Positions 45,453-53,988 of a stretch of DNA of 64,000 bases are shown piece after piece (position 1 is the first letter of the stretch; each line of letters starts with the position of its first letter). Position numbers and translations under genes: made by a program. Below the pieces are notes generated by a model that was not told where the DNA came from, searched no databases, and worked only from the letters and a program-made list of their open reading frames with translations. The stretch is from assembly GCA_026706735.1 (NCBI GenBank), contig JAPOYD010000141.1:870-64869 (forward strand). The letters run 5' to 3'. The DNA comes from Nitrospinota bacterium. GTDB lineage: Bacteria > UBA8248.

Positions 45453-47699
45453 ATGGCTCAGATGACGCACGTCGGCGCGTCGCCGACGAAAGAAGACGCC
45501 CTGGCGAAAGCGGTCGGCGATACGGTCTTCGGCGATGATTTCCACATGCCGGGCGAGATTTACGGGAAAGCCGTCCGCGCCTCGATGACGCCGGCGAGGA
45601 TCAAGGAGATTGACGCAGCGGAAGCGCTCGCCCTTCCGGGCGTGCACTGCGTTTTGACGGCGAAGGACATTCCCGGCTTGAACGCGGGCCGCTACCCCGA
45701 TTACCCGGTGCTGGCCGAAGACGTCGTGGTCGACATCGGAGATGCGGTCGCGCTCGTGGCCGCCGACACGCGGGATCTGGCCGAAGAAGCGGCCTCGCTC
45801 GTGCGCGTCGTCTACGAGCCGCTGCCGGGCGCCTACGATTTCGCCGGCCTCGAGGAGGGCGAGGTGGTCTGCGACTGGAAGACGGACAAGGGCGACGTGG
45901 CGGCGGGCTTCGCCGAGGCGGACGTGATCGTGGAGAACACCTATTTTTCCGCCTGTCTGGATCACGCCTTCATCGAGCCCGAAGGCGGCGTGGCCTGGGT
46001 GGACGAGCGCGGGGTGGTGAACATCCGCGTGCCCACCCAGATGATCGAGAATTACCAGAACGTGGCGCGCACGCTGGATCTTCCGCTCAGCCGCGTGCGC
46101 TACGACTGCCCGATGCTGGGCGGCGCCTTCGGCGGGAAGGAGCACCCGCTGCTCGGCGCGTTCATGGCGCTCTTGTCAATCGAGACGGGGCGGCCCGTGC
46201 GCATGGCCTACTCGCGCGAGGAGACCATGAACACCGGCAGCAAGAAGCACCCCTTCCTCATGAAGTACAGGACGGGCGCCACGAAGGACGGAAAGCTCAC
46301 CGCCATAGAAGTCGACATCATCGGCGATGCGGGTGGCTACACAGCCAACAGCAAGGGCCTGCTCCTGGGCGCGCTCGTGGTGAGCGGCGGGCCCTATGAG
46401 ATCCCCAACGCCCGGGGCCGCGCGCGCGCGGTCAGGACGAACAACCCCTTCACCGAGGCGATGCGCGGCGTGGGCGCGAACCAGGTGTGCTTCGCCTATG
46501 AGGCGCAGATGGACGAGCTCGCGGCGCGGCTGGGGATGGACCCGCTGGAATTCCGTGAGCAAAACTTCATCGACAGGGGCGAAACCCTCATGCAGAACCA
46601 GCCGGTGCCCTCGCGCGTGATGCTGCCCGAGCTGGTCGAGGAGACGAAAAAACTCATCGGCCGCTCGGCGGGCCGCGTACCCGAGAAGGACCACGGCCCC
46701 TGGCGCGTGGGGGTCGGGTACGTCGCGAACATCGGCGGATACGGGAGGCCGAGGAACGAGGGCGAGGTCTACGTGTCCATCGACGAAGACGGCAGCGTGA
46801 GCGTGCGCACGGGCGCTTCGGACGTGGGCGCGGGCCAGACCCAGACGAACCGCCAGATCGCCGCCGAAGCCTTAGGGATAGCCCTGGAGGACGTGACGGT
46901 CACGATGTCGGATTCCCACGTCACCCCCCTGGTGGGGGTCACTGCAGGCTCACGCCAGACGATGATCTCGGGCGGCGCGTGCTACCGCGCATCGGCGGAG
47001 CTGAAAGACAGAATCCTGAAGGGCGCTGCGGAACTTCTCGAAGCGAACCCGGAGGATCTGGATATCCGCGAGGGGCGCGTTTACGTGAAAGCTGCCGAGG
47101 AGCGCGGCGTCTCCTTCGGGGAAGCCGTGGCCCAGTGCAAGAAGATGGGGGTCGACCTCCACACGGTGGGCAAGACGAAGCTCGGCGTCCACGAGTACGA
47201 GGGCAACGAGCAATACGGCGACGCCGGCGGCTGGATGGATTACGTGTTCGGCATCCACGCGGCCGAAGTCGAGGTGAACGTCGATACGGGCGAGCTTCGC
47301 GTGCTCAACTACTGGTCGGGCCACGACGTGGGCCAGTCCATCAATCTTCAGCACGTGGAAGGCCAGTTCGAGGGCGGCACGATGATGGGCGTCGGCCACG
47401 CCCTGACCGAAGAGGTCCTCACGCAAAAGGGCGCGCTCCTGAACAACGAGTTCCACGGCTACCTCATCCCCACCTCGGTGGATACGCCCGAGTGGGACAA
47501 CGTGATCCTCGAATCCGGCGAAGGCCTGGGCCCCTACGGGGCGAAAGGCATCGGCGAGCCGCCCTGCACGGCGGGCGCCGCGGCGGTGGCCTGCGCTGCG
47601 GGTCAGGCGATAGGCGCGCGCATCACGCGCATCCCCATCACGCCGGACCACGTCATGGAGGTGCTGGGACGGCTCAAGACGAACGGAAGCCGGAGCTAG
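45453..47699 (+). CDS. xanthine dehydrogenase/aldehyde oxidase-family molybdopterin-binding subunit
   Basis: 748 aa. a/b-hammerhead region (GEIYGKAVRAS...ALPGVHCVLTAKD), GGAFGGKE, and a C-terminal GIGEPP. GGAGGA lies upstream of ATG 45453. Confidence 0.85.
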   Translation: MAQMTHVGASPTKEDALAKAVGDTVFGDDFHMPGEIYGKAVRASMTPARIKEIDAAEALALPGVHCVLTAKDIPGLNAGRYPDYPVLAEDVVVDIGDAVALVAADTRDLAEEAASLVRVVYEPLPGAYDFAGLEEGEVVCDWKTDKGDVAAGFAEADVIVENTYFSACLDHAFIEPEGGVAWVDERGVVNIRVPTQMIENYQNVARTLDLPLSRVRYDCPMLGGAFGGKEHPLLGAFMALLSIETGRPVRMAYSREETMNTGSKKHPFLMKYRTGATKDGKLTAIEVDIIGDAGGYTANSKGLLLGALVVSGGPYEIPNARGRARAVRTNNPFTEAMRGVGANQVCFAYEAQMDELAARLGMDPLEFREQNFIDRGETLMQNQPVPSRVMLPELVEETKKLIGRSAGRVPEKDHGPWRVGVGYVANIGGYGRPRNEGEVYVSIDEDGSVSVRTGASDVGAGQTQTNRQIAAEALGIALEDVTVTMSDSHVTPLVGVTAGSRQTMISGGACYRASAELKDRILKGAAELLEANPEDLDIREGRVYVKAAEERGVSFGEAVAQCKKMGVDLHTVGKTKLGVHEYEGNEQYGDAGGWMDYVFGIHAAEVEVNVDTGELRVLNYWSGHDVGQSINLQHVEGQFEGGTMMGVGHALTEEVLTQKGALLNNEFHGYLIPTSVDTPEWDNVILESGEGLGPYGAKGIGEPPCTAGAAAVACAAGQAIGARITRIPITPDHVMEVLGRLKTNGSRS

Positions 47700-47732
47700 A
47701 CGAATATATCGAGTAGAGATTTGGCACGCTTG

Positions 47733-47762
47733 AAACGCCCCGCGCTCCTGCGGGGCGTTTTC
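47733..47762 (+). terminator. intrinsic terminator
   Basis: ACGCCCCGC-GCTCCT-GCGGGGCGT followed by TTTTC. Confidence 0.6.
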
Positions 47763-47803
47763 GCATGTTGAGCGCGTGGGCCTTCGCCCGGTTACCGTTT
47801 TGC

Positions 47804-47945
47804 CGTCATTCCGGCGAATGCCGGAATCCAGGGAATTTATCTTTTTGCTTTTCGTCGTTATTCCCTCTCGATTCCAATGCGGAATGAAATACCGGAATGT
47901 ATCCACCCTCATCGGCTCTGGATTCCGGCTTTCGCCGGAATGACG
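47804..47945. repeat. family-1 MITE-like element, full copy
   Basis: Arms at 47804-47832 and 47916-47945. Confidence 0.85.
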
Positions 47946-48145
47946 ATCAAAAACCATCATCCTGCATTCACGGCGCAGCCCGGAATGTCCATGAATGGAA
48001 CTCGGCACCGTCGTAATTCCAGATAGGCTGAAATGAAGGAATACGCGGCACGGCTGCCGGATAAACATGAACCGCAACGCTGCGTGTCTGGCGATACATA
48101 GGAGATTGCGCCGTCTGGACGTGAGCGATCAGGGAGGAATACACC

Positions 48146-49309
48146 ATGCACACCAAACTGTCGAACGAGGGTCCGGTCCGCCGGGCACGGGTTGCATCGA
48201 GAATGTTCCGTACGTATTGCATTGCCGTTCTGCTCGCCTGCGCCGTCGCAATCGGGTGGCCGCAGGCGTCCGCTGCTGCGGCGGAGAATGGCTACCGCCT
48301 GAGCGGCCCCTACACGCAGAACAATCTCGCCATCTATCTGATCCACCGCGAAGGCCGAACAGGCGGCCCCGTACCCGTCACCCTGGGCGAGGCGATGAGG
48401 CAGGGCCTCGTCAAGGTCGTCGAAACCGGCAACGTCAGCCGGCTCATGGTCCGCAACCTGGGCTATCGTGAGGTCTTCATCCAGGCGGGCGACATCGTCA
48501 AGGGCGGCAAGCAGGACCGCGTCCTGCTCACCAGCCTGATCGTCCCCCCGCGCTCGGGCTTCATCCCCATCGGCGCCTTTTGCGTCGAGGCGGGAAGATG
48601 GGCCAGTCGCGGCCGGGAGAGGGTGGGGGAGTTTTCGACCTCCGCATACCGCATGCCCTCGAAGGCCGGCAAGATCGCGATCATGAAAAGCATGGGGCGT
48701 GAGACCGCTCCCGAAGCCGGTCGAATCGGGAGCTTGGAGGAGAGATGGCCCGGGTTGAGAATCAGGCCCGGGGCGCGGCGGCGGCCGGGCGGTCCATACC
48801 TTCAGGGCGAGGTGTGGCGCTCGGTCGCGATGATGCAGGACGCTTTGGGCCGGGCCGTGCGGGCGCAAGTCGCCGACCGGCGCTCGCGCACGAGCCTCCA
48901 GCTGTCGCTCGAGAACGAGCGCCTCGCCTCGGCCCTGGCGGGCTATGAAAACGCCTTGGGCGGGCTGCTTGAAAAACATCCACAGGCAGTGGGCTATGTC
49001 TTCGCGGTGAACGGCGAGATCAACAGCGGCGATGAGTTCGGAAGCGCCGGCCTGTTCCGGAAAGTGTGGCTGCGGCAGTTGAAGGCGGCGGCGACGGAAG
49101 CCATCGCCGAAAAAGGCGCACCGAAGCCCGGGCAGCCCACACTCGCCGAGGTCACCGCGTTTATCGATTCCGCGCGCGCCGCGAAGCCCGCTTCGAGAGC
49201 GCTGCCGGGCGGCATGAGCCTGGAGACGCGCAAGGCGAGCGGGTCGTTCTACATGGAAGTCCGGCGCGGGAACGACCACTGGGTGCACCGGAACTTCGTC
49301 GCCCAATAG
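48146..49309 (+). CDS. secreted protein of unknown function, DUF6569/ARPP-1-like (tentative)
   Basis: Signal-like CIAVLLACAVAIGWPQASA. The block VETGNVSRLMVRNLGYREVFIQAGDIVKGGKQDRVL...IPIGAFCVEAGRW resembles what I recall of DUF6569. GGGAGGA SD upstream. Confidence 0.45.
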   Translation: MHTKLSNEGPVRRARVASRMFRTYCIAVLLACAVAIGWPQASAAAAENGYRLSGPYTQNNLAIYLIHREGRTGGPVPVTLGEAMRQGLVKVVETGNVSRLMVRNLGYREVFIQAGDIVKGGKQDRVLLTSLIVPPRSGFIPIGAFCVEAGRWASRGRERVGEFSTSAYRMPSKAGKIAIMKSMGRETAPEAGRIGSLEERWPGLRIRPGARRRPGGPYLQGEVWRSVAMMQDALGRAVRAQVADRRSRTSLQLSLENERLASALAGYENALGGLLEKHPQAVGYVFAVNGEINSGDEFGSAGLFRKVWLRQLKAAATEAIAEKGAPKPGQPTLAEVTAFIDSARAAKPASRALPGGMSLETRKASGSFYMEVRRGNDHWVHRNFVAQ

Positions 49310-49363
49310 CCCGGAGCATATCGTCCGATTAGGCAGGTGACGCGCCGCGAACCTTTTTACAAG

Positions 49364-49392
49364 AAGCGCCCCGCAGTCGGCGGGCGCTTTTG
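49364..49392 (+). terminator. intrinsic terminator (bulged stem)
   Basis: AAGCGCCCCGC-AGTC-GGCGGGCGCTT followed by TTTG. Confidence 0.5.
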
Positions 49393-49432
49393 CGTCGATG
49401 TTTGGGAGGGGACCTCGACCTTCGAGATTTTT

Positions 49433-49460
49433 CGTAGGGACAGGTCGCGACCTGTCCCTA
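49433..49460. repeat. perfect 28-nt REP palindrome GTAGGGACAGGTCGCGACCTGTCCCTAC
   Basis: Identical to 52385-52412. Confidence 0.92.
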
Positions 49461-49509
49461 CAATCGAAAGGCGTTTTTCCACCTCCTCTTTTGGGTTCGA
49501 TTAAAAAGC

Positions 49510-49598
49510 CGTCATTCCGGCTCGATTAAAGACAGAATGAAATACCGAAATGTGCCCACCCTTATCGGCTCTGGATTCCGGCATGCGCCGGAATGACG
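49510..49598. repeat. family-1 MITE-like element with truncated left arm
   Basis: CGTCATTCCGGC, then an internal sequence homologous to copy 47804-47945 (GAATGAAATACCG[G]AATGT...ATCGGCTCTGG), then an intact right arm. Confidence 0.8.
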
Positions 49599-49784
49599 TG
49601 CGAAGACCACGAAGGACTGTCATCAACCGGCGAAAAAAGAGAATCACCGCCCTCGGAAGGGGTATTACCCTATCGGAGAGGGAGGGTATCTTCAGGCTGG
49701 ATCAGCAAGACCCGTCGCATCGCATCTTGTTCCTTATCCGTGTAGGATGCTTCCTACGCCCGCCCATTCGTAGAGACATGCGCC

Positions 49785-51631
49785 ATGCTCTCGACTCTGG
49801 ACTGGTCGCTCATCCTCGCCTATGTCGCGTTCGCCTTGATCGTCGGCGTACTCACTTCGCGCTCGGCGTCGAGGAGCCTGGCATCGTACTTCGTGGCCGG
49901 GCGCAGCCTGCCCTGGTGGTGGATAGGCACCTCCATGGTGGCGACCACGTTCGCCTCGGACACCCCCCTCGTCGTGGCCGGCATCGTCGCCAAGCGCGGC
50001 GTCTCGGGACACTGGCTCCGGTGGGCGGGGGCCATCGGCGACCGTGGGTCATCGGCAACGTGGGCGTCGCGGTATTCTTCGCTCCCCTGTGGCGGCGCGC
50101 GGGCGTGGTGACCGACGCCGAGCTCATCGAGTTGCGCTACGGCAGCGGCCCCGGCGCTTTCTTAAGGGGCTTCAAGGCCGTCTATTCCTCCCTCATCGTG
50201 AACCTCATCGTTCTGGGCTGGGTGTTCCGCGCCATGGCGAAGATAGCCGAGCCCTTCCTCAGGTGGGAGGAGATTCTGCCCCCGAACCTGTGGACGGCCG
50301 TCGAGGCGCACTGGCCCGCCGTTCTCACGATGGGAAGCGTGAACGAGAGCGTAACGGTCGCCTTGCTCGTCTTGATGATCGCTCTTTACGCGAGCGCGGG
50401 CGGAATCCGGGGCGTCATGCTCACCGATCTGTTCCAGTTCGTCATCGCGATGGCCGGCAGTTGCCTGTTCGCCTGGTACGCCGTCGAAGCCGTGGGCGGT
50501 CTTTCGGGCCTGAGCGCCAAGCTAGGCGAGATTTATGGCGCGGAGGGCGCTGCAAACATACTCTCCTTCCTCCCGCCCGAAGGCGTGGGATGGGCGGGGG
50601 CGCAGGTGATCCTCATCTACCTGTTCGTGGTCTGGTGGGCGCACAACAACGCCGACGGCGGGGGCTACATCGGCCAGAGGCTGTGCTCGGCGCGCACGCC
50701 GAGGGACGCCCAGGCGGGCGCTTTCCTGTTCACGGTCGGGAACTACGTCCTGAGGCCCTGGCCGTGGATACTCATCGGCCTCGTGAGCCTGATTCTGGTT
50801 CCCAAGGGCATGGACGCCCTGCCCGGCACGATGGAGGCCAAGATTCTCGCCGATCGCGAAGCGGCCTATCCACTCCTCATGGAGAAGCTTCTGCCCGCCG
50901 GGGTTCTGGGCCTGGTGATGGTGGGCCTTCTGGGCGCGTTCATGAGCACGGTGGACACGCACCTGAACTGGGGGATGAGCTATCTGGTGAACGATGTGTA
51001 TGCGCGCTTCATCAGAAAAGGAGCGGGCGCGCGGGAGGTCGTCTTCGTCAGCCGCCTGGGCGTCGTGATCATGGCGCTCGGCGCATTCGCCGTGGCGGGG
51101 CAAATCAAAAGCATCGAGGTCGCGTGGAAGTTCCACATCTCGCTAGGGGCGGGCCTGGGCCTTCCGGTGATCCTGCGCTGGCTGTGGTGGCGCGCGAACG
51201 CCTGGACGGAGATATCAGGGATGCTGGCCGCCGGCGCCACCGCCCTCTATCTCCACTGGGAGGGGAAGCCGCCCGCCTTTCCCGTATTGCTGGCCGCGGA
51301 GGTGGGTGTCGGCTTCGTGGCGATGCTGATCGTTACCTTCATCACGAGGCCCGCGCGTGCGGAGGTATTGCGAAATTTCTGGACGAAAGTGCGCCCGCCG
51401 GGCGTATGGGGGCGGGTGCGCGGGGAGGACAGGCGCGCAGCCCCCGTATTCGCCCTCGCCGGCCTTTGGCTGGCTTTAAGCGTCTTCGTTTTCGCCTTGA
51501 TGTTCCTGGTCGGCGCACTGCTCGTCGGCACCTGGACGCAGGCGGGCGGGCTCGCGCTCCTGGCCGGGTTCGCCCTGTGCATGGCGTGGTGGATCGACAG
51601 GCGCTATCGGTACGGAATCCTGTTCGTGTAG
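49785..51631 (+). pseudogene. sodium:solute symporter (SSS family), frameshifted near 50040-50056
   Basis: The N-terminus (ORF 49785..50111: FVAGRSLPWWWIGTSMVATTFASDTPLVVAG) continues in the frame of ORF 49550..51631 (IGNVGVAVFFAPLWRRAGVVTDAELIELRY...). Deleting 17 nt restores one ORF. Confidence 0.8.
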
Positions 51632-51840
51632 GGGGCCTCGCGAATCGGAACGAGGCGCGCAGGGGCGGTTCGCGAACCGCCCCTACACTACCGAGAAATG
51701 AAAGCGTAAAAATAGTAGGGACAGGCCCCCGTGCCTGTCCGAGGTCGCGACCTGTCCCTACAGGTTGTCCTTCTTTATGATGTTTACGACAAGGACAGGC
51801 ACGGGGGCCAATGGGGCAGCCCCGAGGAGGGGCTGCCACT
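51628..51840. repeat. REP hairpin cluster (at least four hairpins)
   Basis: GTAGGGGGCCTCGCG..., GGGGCGGTTCGCGAACCGCCCC, GTAGGGACAGGCCCCCGTGCCTGTCCGAGGTCGCGACCTGTCCCTAC, GGCAGCCCC-GAGGAG-GGGCTGCC. Confidence 0.85.
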
Positions 51841-52114
51841 ATGGGATTGTAAACAGCTTGTCATACTCCATGAACAAGCATCACCGAATTCACGTTTGAA
51901 CGCATCACCGGGATATGGGATAAAATGGTTGTGTGATGCCGCCTATGCGTCAAGGTCATCGGCAAGTGGGGGAAGTTGTCACGACCGCAATGTCACCGGG
52001 AGGGTTGGCCGAAATGTCGTCCGTCCGATTCCGGTGATCCCCGAACAGATAGCCCGCGACATCTTTCGGGCGGCGGAAGAGAAAATCCCTGCTTCGGAAT
52101 GAGGGGATGAAGCA

Positions 52115-52276
52115 ATGGAAGGCAACATCTGGATAGGGTTCATCGTGGTCGTCATCACGATCGTCGGCTCCCACACATGGCTTCACAGGGACATCGCCGA
52201 ACTCCGGGAGCGCATGGCGAAACTGGAAGGAACCTTCGAGGGTTTCATGACCTCGCAGCGCAAGTCTGCAGACTAG
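52115..52276 (+). CDS. candidate 53-aa single-TM small protein (below ORF-track cutoff)
   Basis: MEGNIWIGFIVVVITIVGSHTWLHRDIAELRERMAKLEGTFEGFMTSQRKSAD. GAGGGGA lies 8 nt upstream, and third codon positions are mostly G/C as in neighbouring genes. Confidence 0.4.
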   Translation: MEGNIWIGFIVVVITIVGSHTWLHRDIAELRERMAKLEGTFEGFMTSQRKSAD

Positions 52277-52384
52277 CCGGTTCATTCCGCTGTAACCGCC
52301 GTCTTCTTTCAAAATCTTCGAGAAATACCCTGTCTTGAGGGGGTGTCCGCGCTTCCCTACGAGGAAATGAAAGCGCAAAAAATG

Positions 52385-52412
52385 GTAGGGACAGGTCGCG
52401 ACCTGTCCCTAC
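52385..52412. repeat. perfect 28-nt REP palindrome
   Basis: GTAGGGACAGGTCGCGACCTGTCCCTAC. The preceding GAAATGAAAGCGCAAAAAATG is also shared with 51705-51724. Confidence 0.92.
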
Positions 52413-52438
52413 GGGTGAACGGTTCTCGGTTGAATCCT

Positions 52439-52915
52439 CTACTCGTCCGCCTCCTCGAACTCGGCCGAGTATTCAACTTCGATGCCGCGCTGCACGCTCT
52501 GGCTGGCCGGGCAGCCCTTCTCGTGCACGGCGAGGGCGCGCTCGGCGTCTTCGCGCTTTCCCCTGGGGATGCGGCACTTGTAGTGGACCTTGATCTTGGT
52601 GACCAGGGCCATGCCGTCCACGTTCTCGATGATGCCTTCGACTTCCGCCACCAGGTTGTCGGGGCTGCTCTTTATCCCGCGCGCATCCAGCGCGCCTCCC
52701 ATGTTGCCCGTCAGTCAGCCGGCGACGGCGGCGGCGAGGTGATCCAGCGTGGCCGGACGCTCCTCCTCGGGTTCGGCCTTGTAGAAGTTCTTGATGCCCC
52801 CGTGGATGCCGTAGGGGATCGGCTCCTCGGGGAAGGCGTCGAGATAGCCCGTCTTCATTCCCCTGCCGGGTTCCTTGACGATGCGGGCCTTGGTGACGTG
52901 AATGACTTCGCCCAT
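52439..52915 (-). CDS. OsmC/Ohr-family peroxiredoxin-like protein with in-frame UGA (candidate selenocysteine) at 52717..52715
   Basis: ORFs 52715..52984 and 52439..52702 share one frame. The joined product reads ...ATLDHLAAAVAG-U-LTGNMGGALDARGI...HEKGCPASQSV. AAGGAG lies 7 nt before ATG 52915. Confidence 0.65.
52679..52695 (-). promoter_or_regulatory. candidate bacterial SECIS hairpin GCGCGC-UGGAU-GCGCGC
   Basis: Begins 19 nt 3' of the UGA. Six G-C pairs with a G-containing apical loop. Confidence 0.4.
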
Positions 52916-53016
52916 GTTGTGCTCCTTTCCATGATAAGGTCTCGGAAAATTCCCTGAATAATGTACGCAGCCAAAGAGTAGCACCCTGCTGGAGCGAGGG
53001 GAACTCTCTCCAGTCC

Positions 53017-53925
53017 CTACGTGATGACGAAGATGGTACCCGCAACGGTCAGGAGCGCGCCCAGGACGAGCCGGGGCGTGATGTTTTCCATTTCGCGAAG
53101 GAAGAGCCAGCCCAGCACCAGCACGATGAGCGGCTGGGCGGAGACGAGAGCCGTCACGCGCACGGCCAGCGTGTGGACGAACGCGAAGTTATAGAGCGGC
53201 ACGGCGATCGAATGGCAGACGGCCGCGGCGAAAATCCACCTCCACGCCGAAGCGGGGATGGGGCCGCGCGATTCCTCGCCCCTGTCGAGCGCCATGAGAA
53301 GCATAACAGTGGCGGAACCGACCCAGAGCGCTATCGCGGCGGTGGCGAGCGGGTGGAGGTTCAAGGACGCTTTTTTGAAGAAGATCGCGGCCACGCCCCA
53401 AAGAAGCGAGGTGACGCCCGCGGAAATCCAGCCGAAGAGCTTCCACCTCGCGCCGTAGGCTTCGGCTTCGGGCTCCCGGGATGGTTCGGCCTGAACGATG
53501 AGCGTGATGCCGATGAGGAGAATCGCGAGGCCGGTGAAGATGGAGAGCGTCGGCGTCTCTCCCAGCATGAACGACGCCCCGATCGCCGTGACGACGGGAT
53601 AGGTAAGCGCGATGGGGATGGAGCGGTTCGGCCCGATGCGGTGGATGGCGCGGTAATAGAAAGAGCGCGATATGCCGATATGGAAAAAGCCCGCTAGGAA
53701 GGCGAACGCCAGCGTGGTTGCGGTTGCGCTCAGAAAATCCTCGGCGGAGATGAAGAAGAAGGCGATGAGTGTCACTATAGCGGCGTTTACGGTCGTGACG
53801 GCGGCGGTGACCTTGAGGACGGGCGCGTTCATGAGCGCGCGCTTGATGAAATAGACGAATACCGCCCATGCGGCCGATGCTATCGAGCCCAGCAATACGC
53901 CGTAGGCGTTCGATTCCAGGTTCAT
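53017..53925 (-). CDS. DMT-superfamily (EamA-like) transporter
   Basis: 302 aa with 10 hydrophobic segments in two repeats. Confidence 0.75.
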   Translation of the reverse strand: MNLESNAYGVLLGSIASAAWAVFVYFIKRALMNAPVLKVTAAVTTVNAAIVTLIAFFFISAEDFLSATATTLAFAFLAGFFHIGISRSFYYRAIHRIGPNRSIPIALTYPVVTAIGASFMLGETPTLSIFTGLAILLIGITLIVQAEPSREPEAEAYGARWKLFGWISAGVTSLLWGVAAIFFKKASLNLHPLATAAIALWVGSATVMLLMALDRGEESRGPIPASAWRWIFAAAVCHSIAVPLYNFAFVHTLAVRVTALVSAQPLIVLVLGWLFLREMENITPRLVLGALLTVAGTIFVIT

Positions 53926-53988
53926 CTCAGAAGAAGCGCGCGGGCGGATGCGCCCCGCGTCGGGACCTTCGGAAGATGGTCAATGAGG

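Noticed and set aside
49550-49784. N-terminal extension of the 693-aa ORF 49550..51631
   Set aside because: It runs through a family-1 MITE arm (CPPLSALDSGMRRND...). The true symporter N-terminus is in ORF 49785..50111, joined by a frameshift.
52439-52984. Reading the two OsmC-like ORFs as a simple pseudogene (nonsense mutation)
   Set aside because: This is not fully excluded. However, the stop is specifically TGA, it sits exactly at the catalytic Cys position, both halves are otherwise intact, and a GC hairpin follows at SECIS distance. Selenocysteine recoding is therefore the better hypothesis, pending Sec-machinery evidence.
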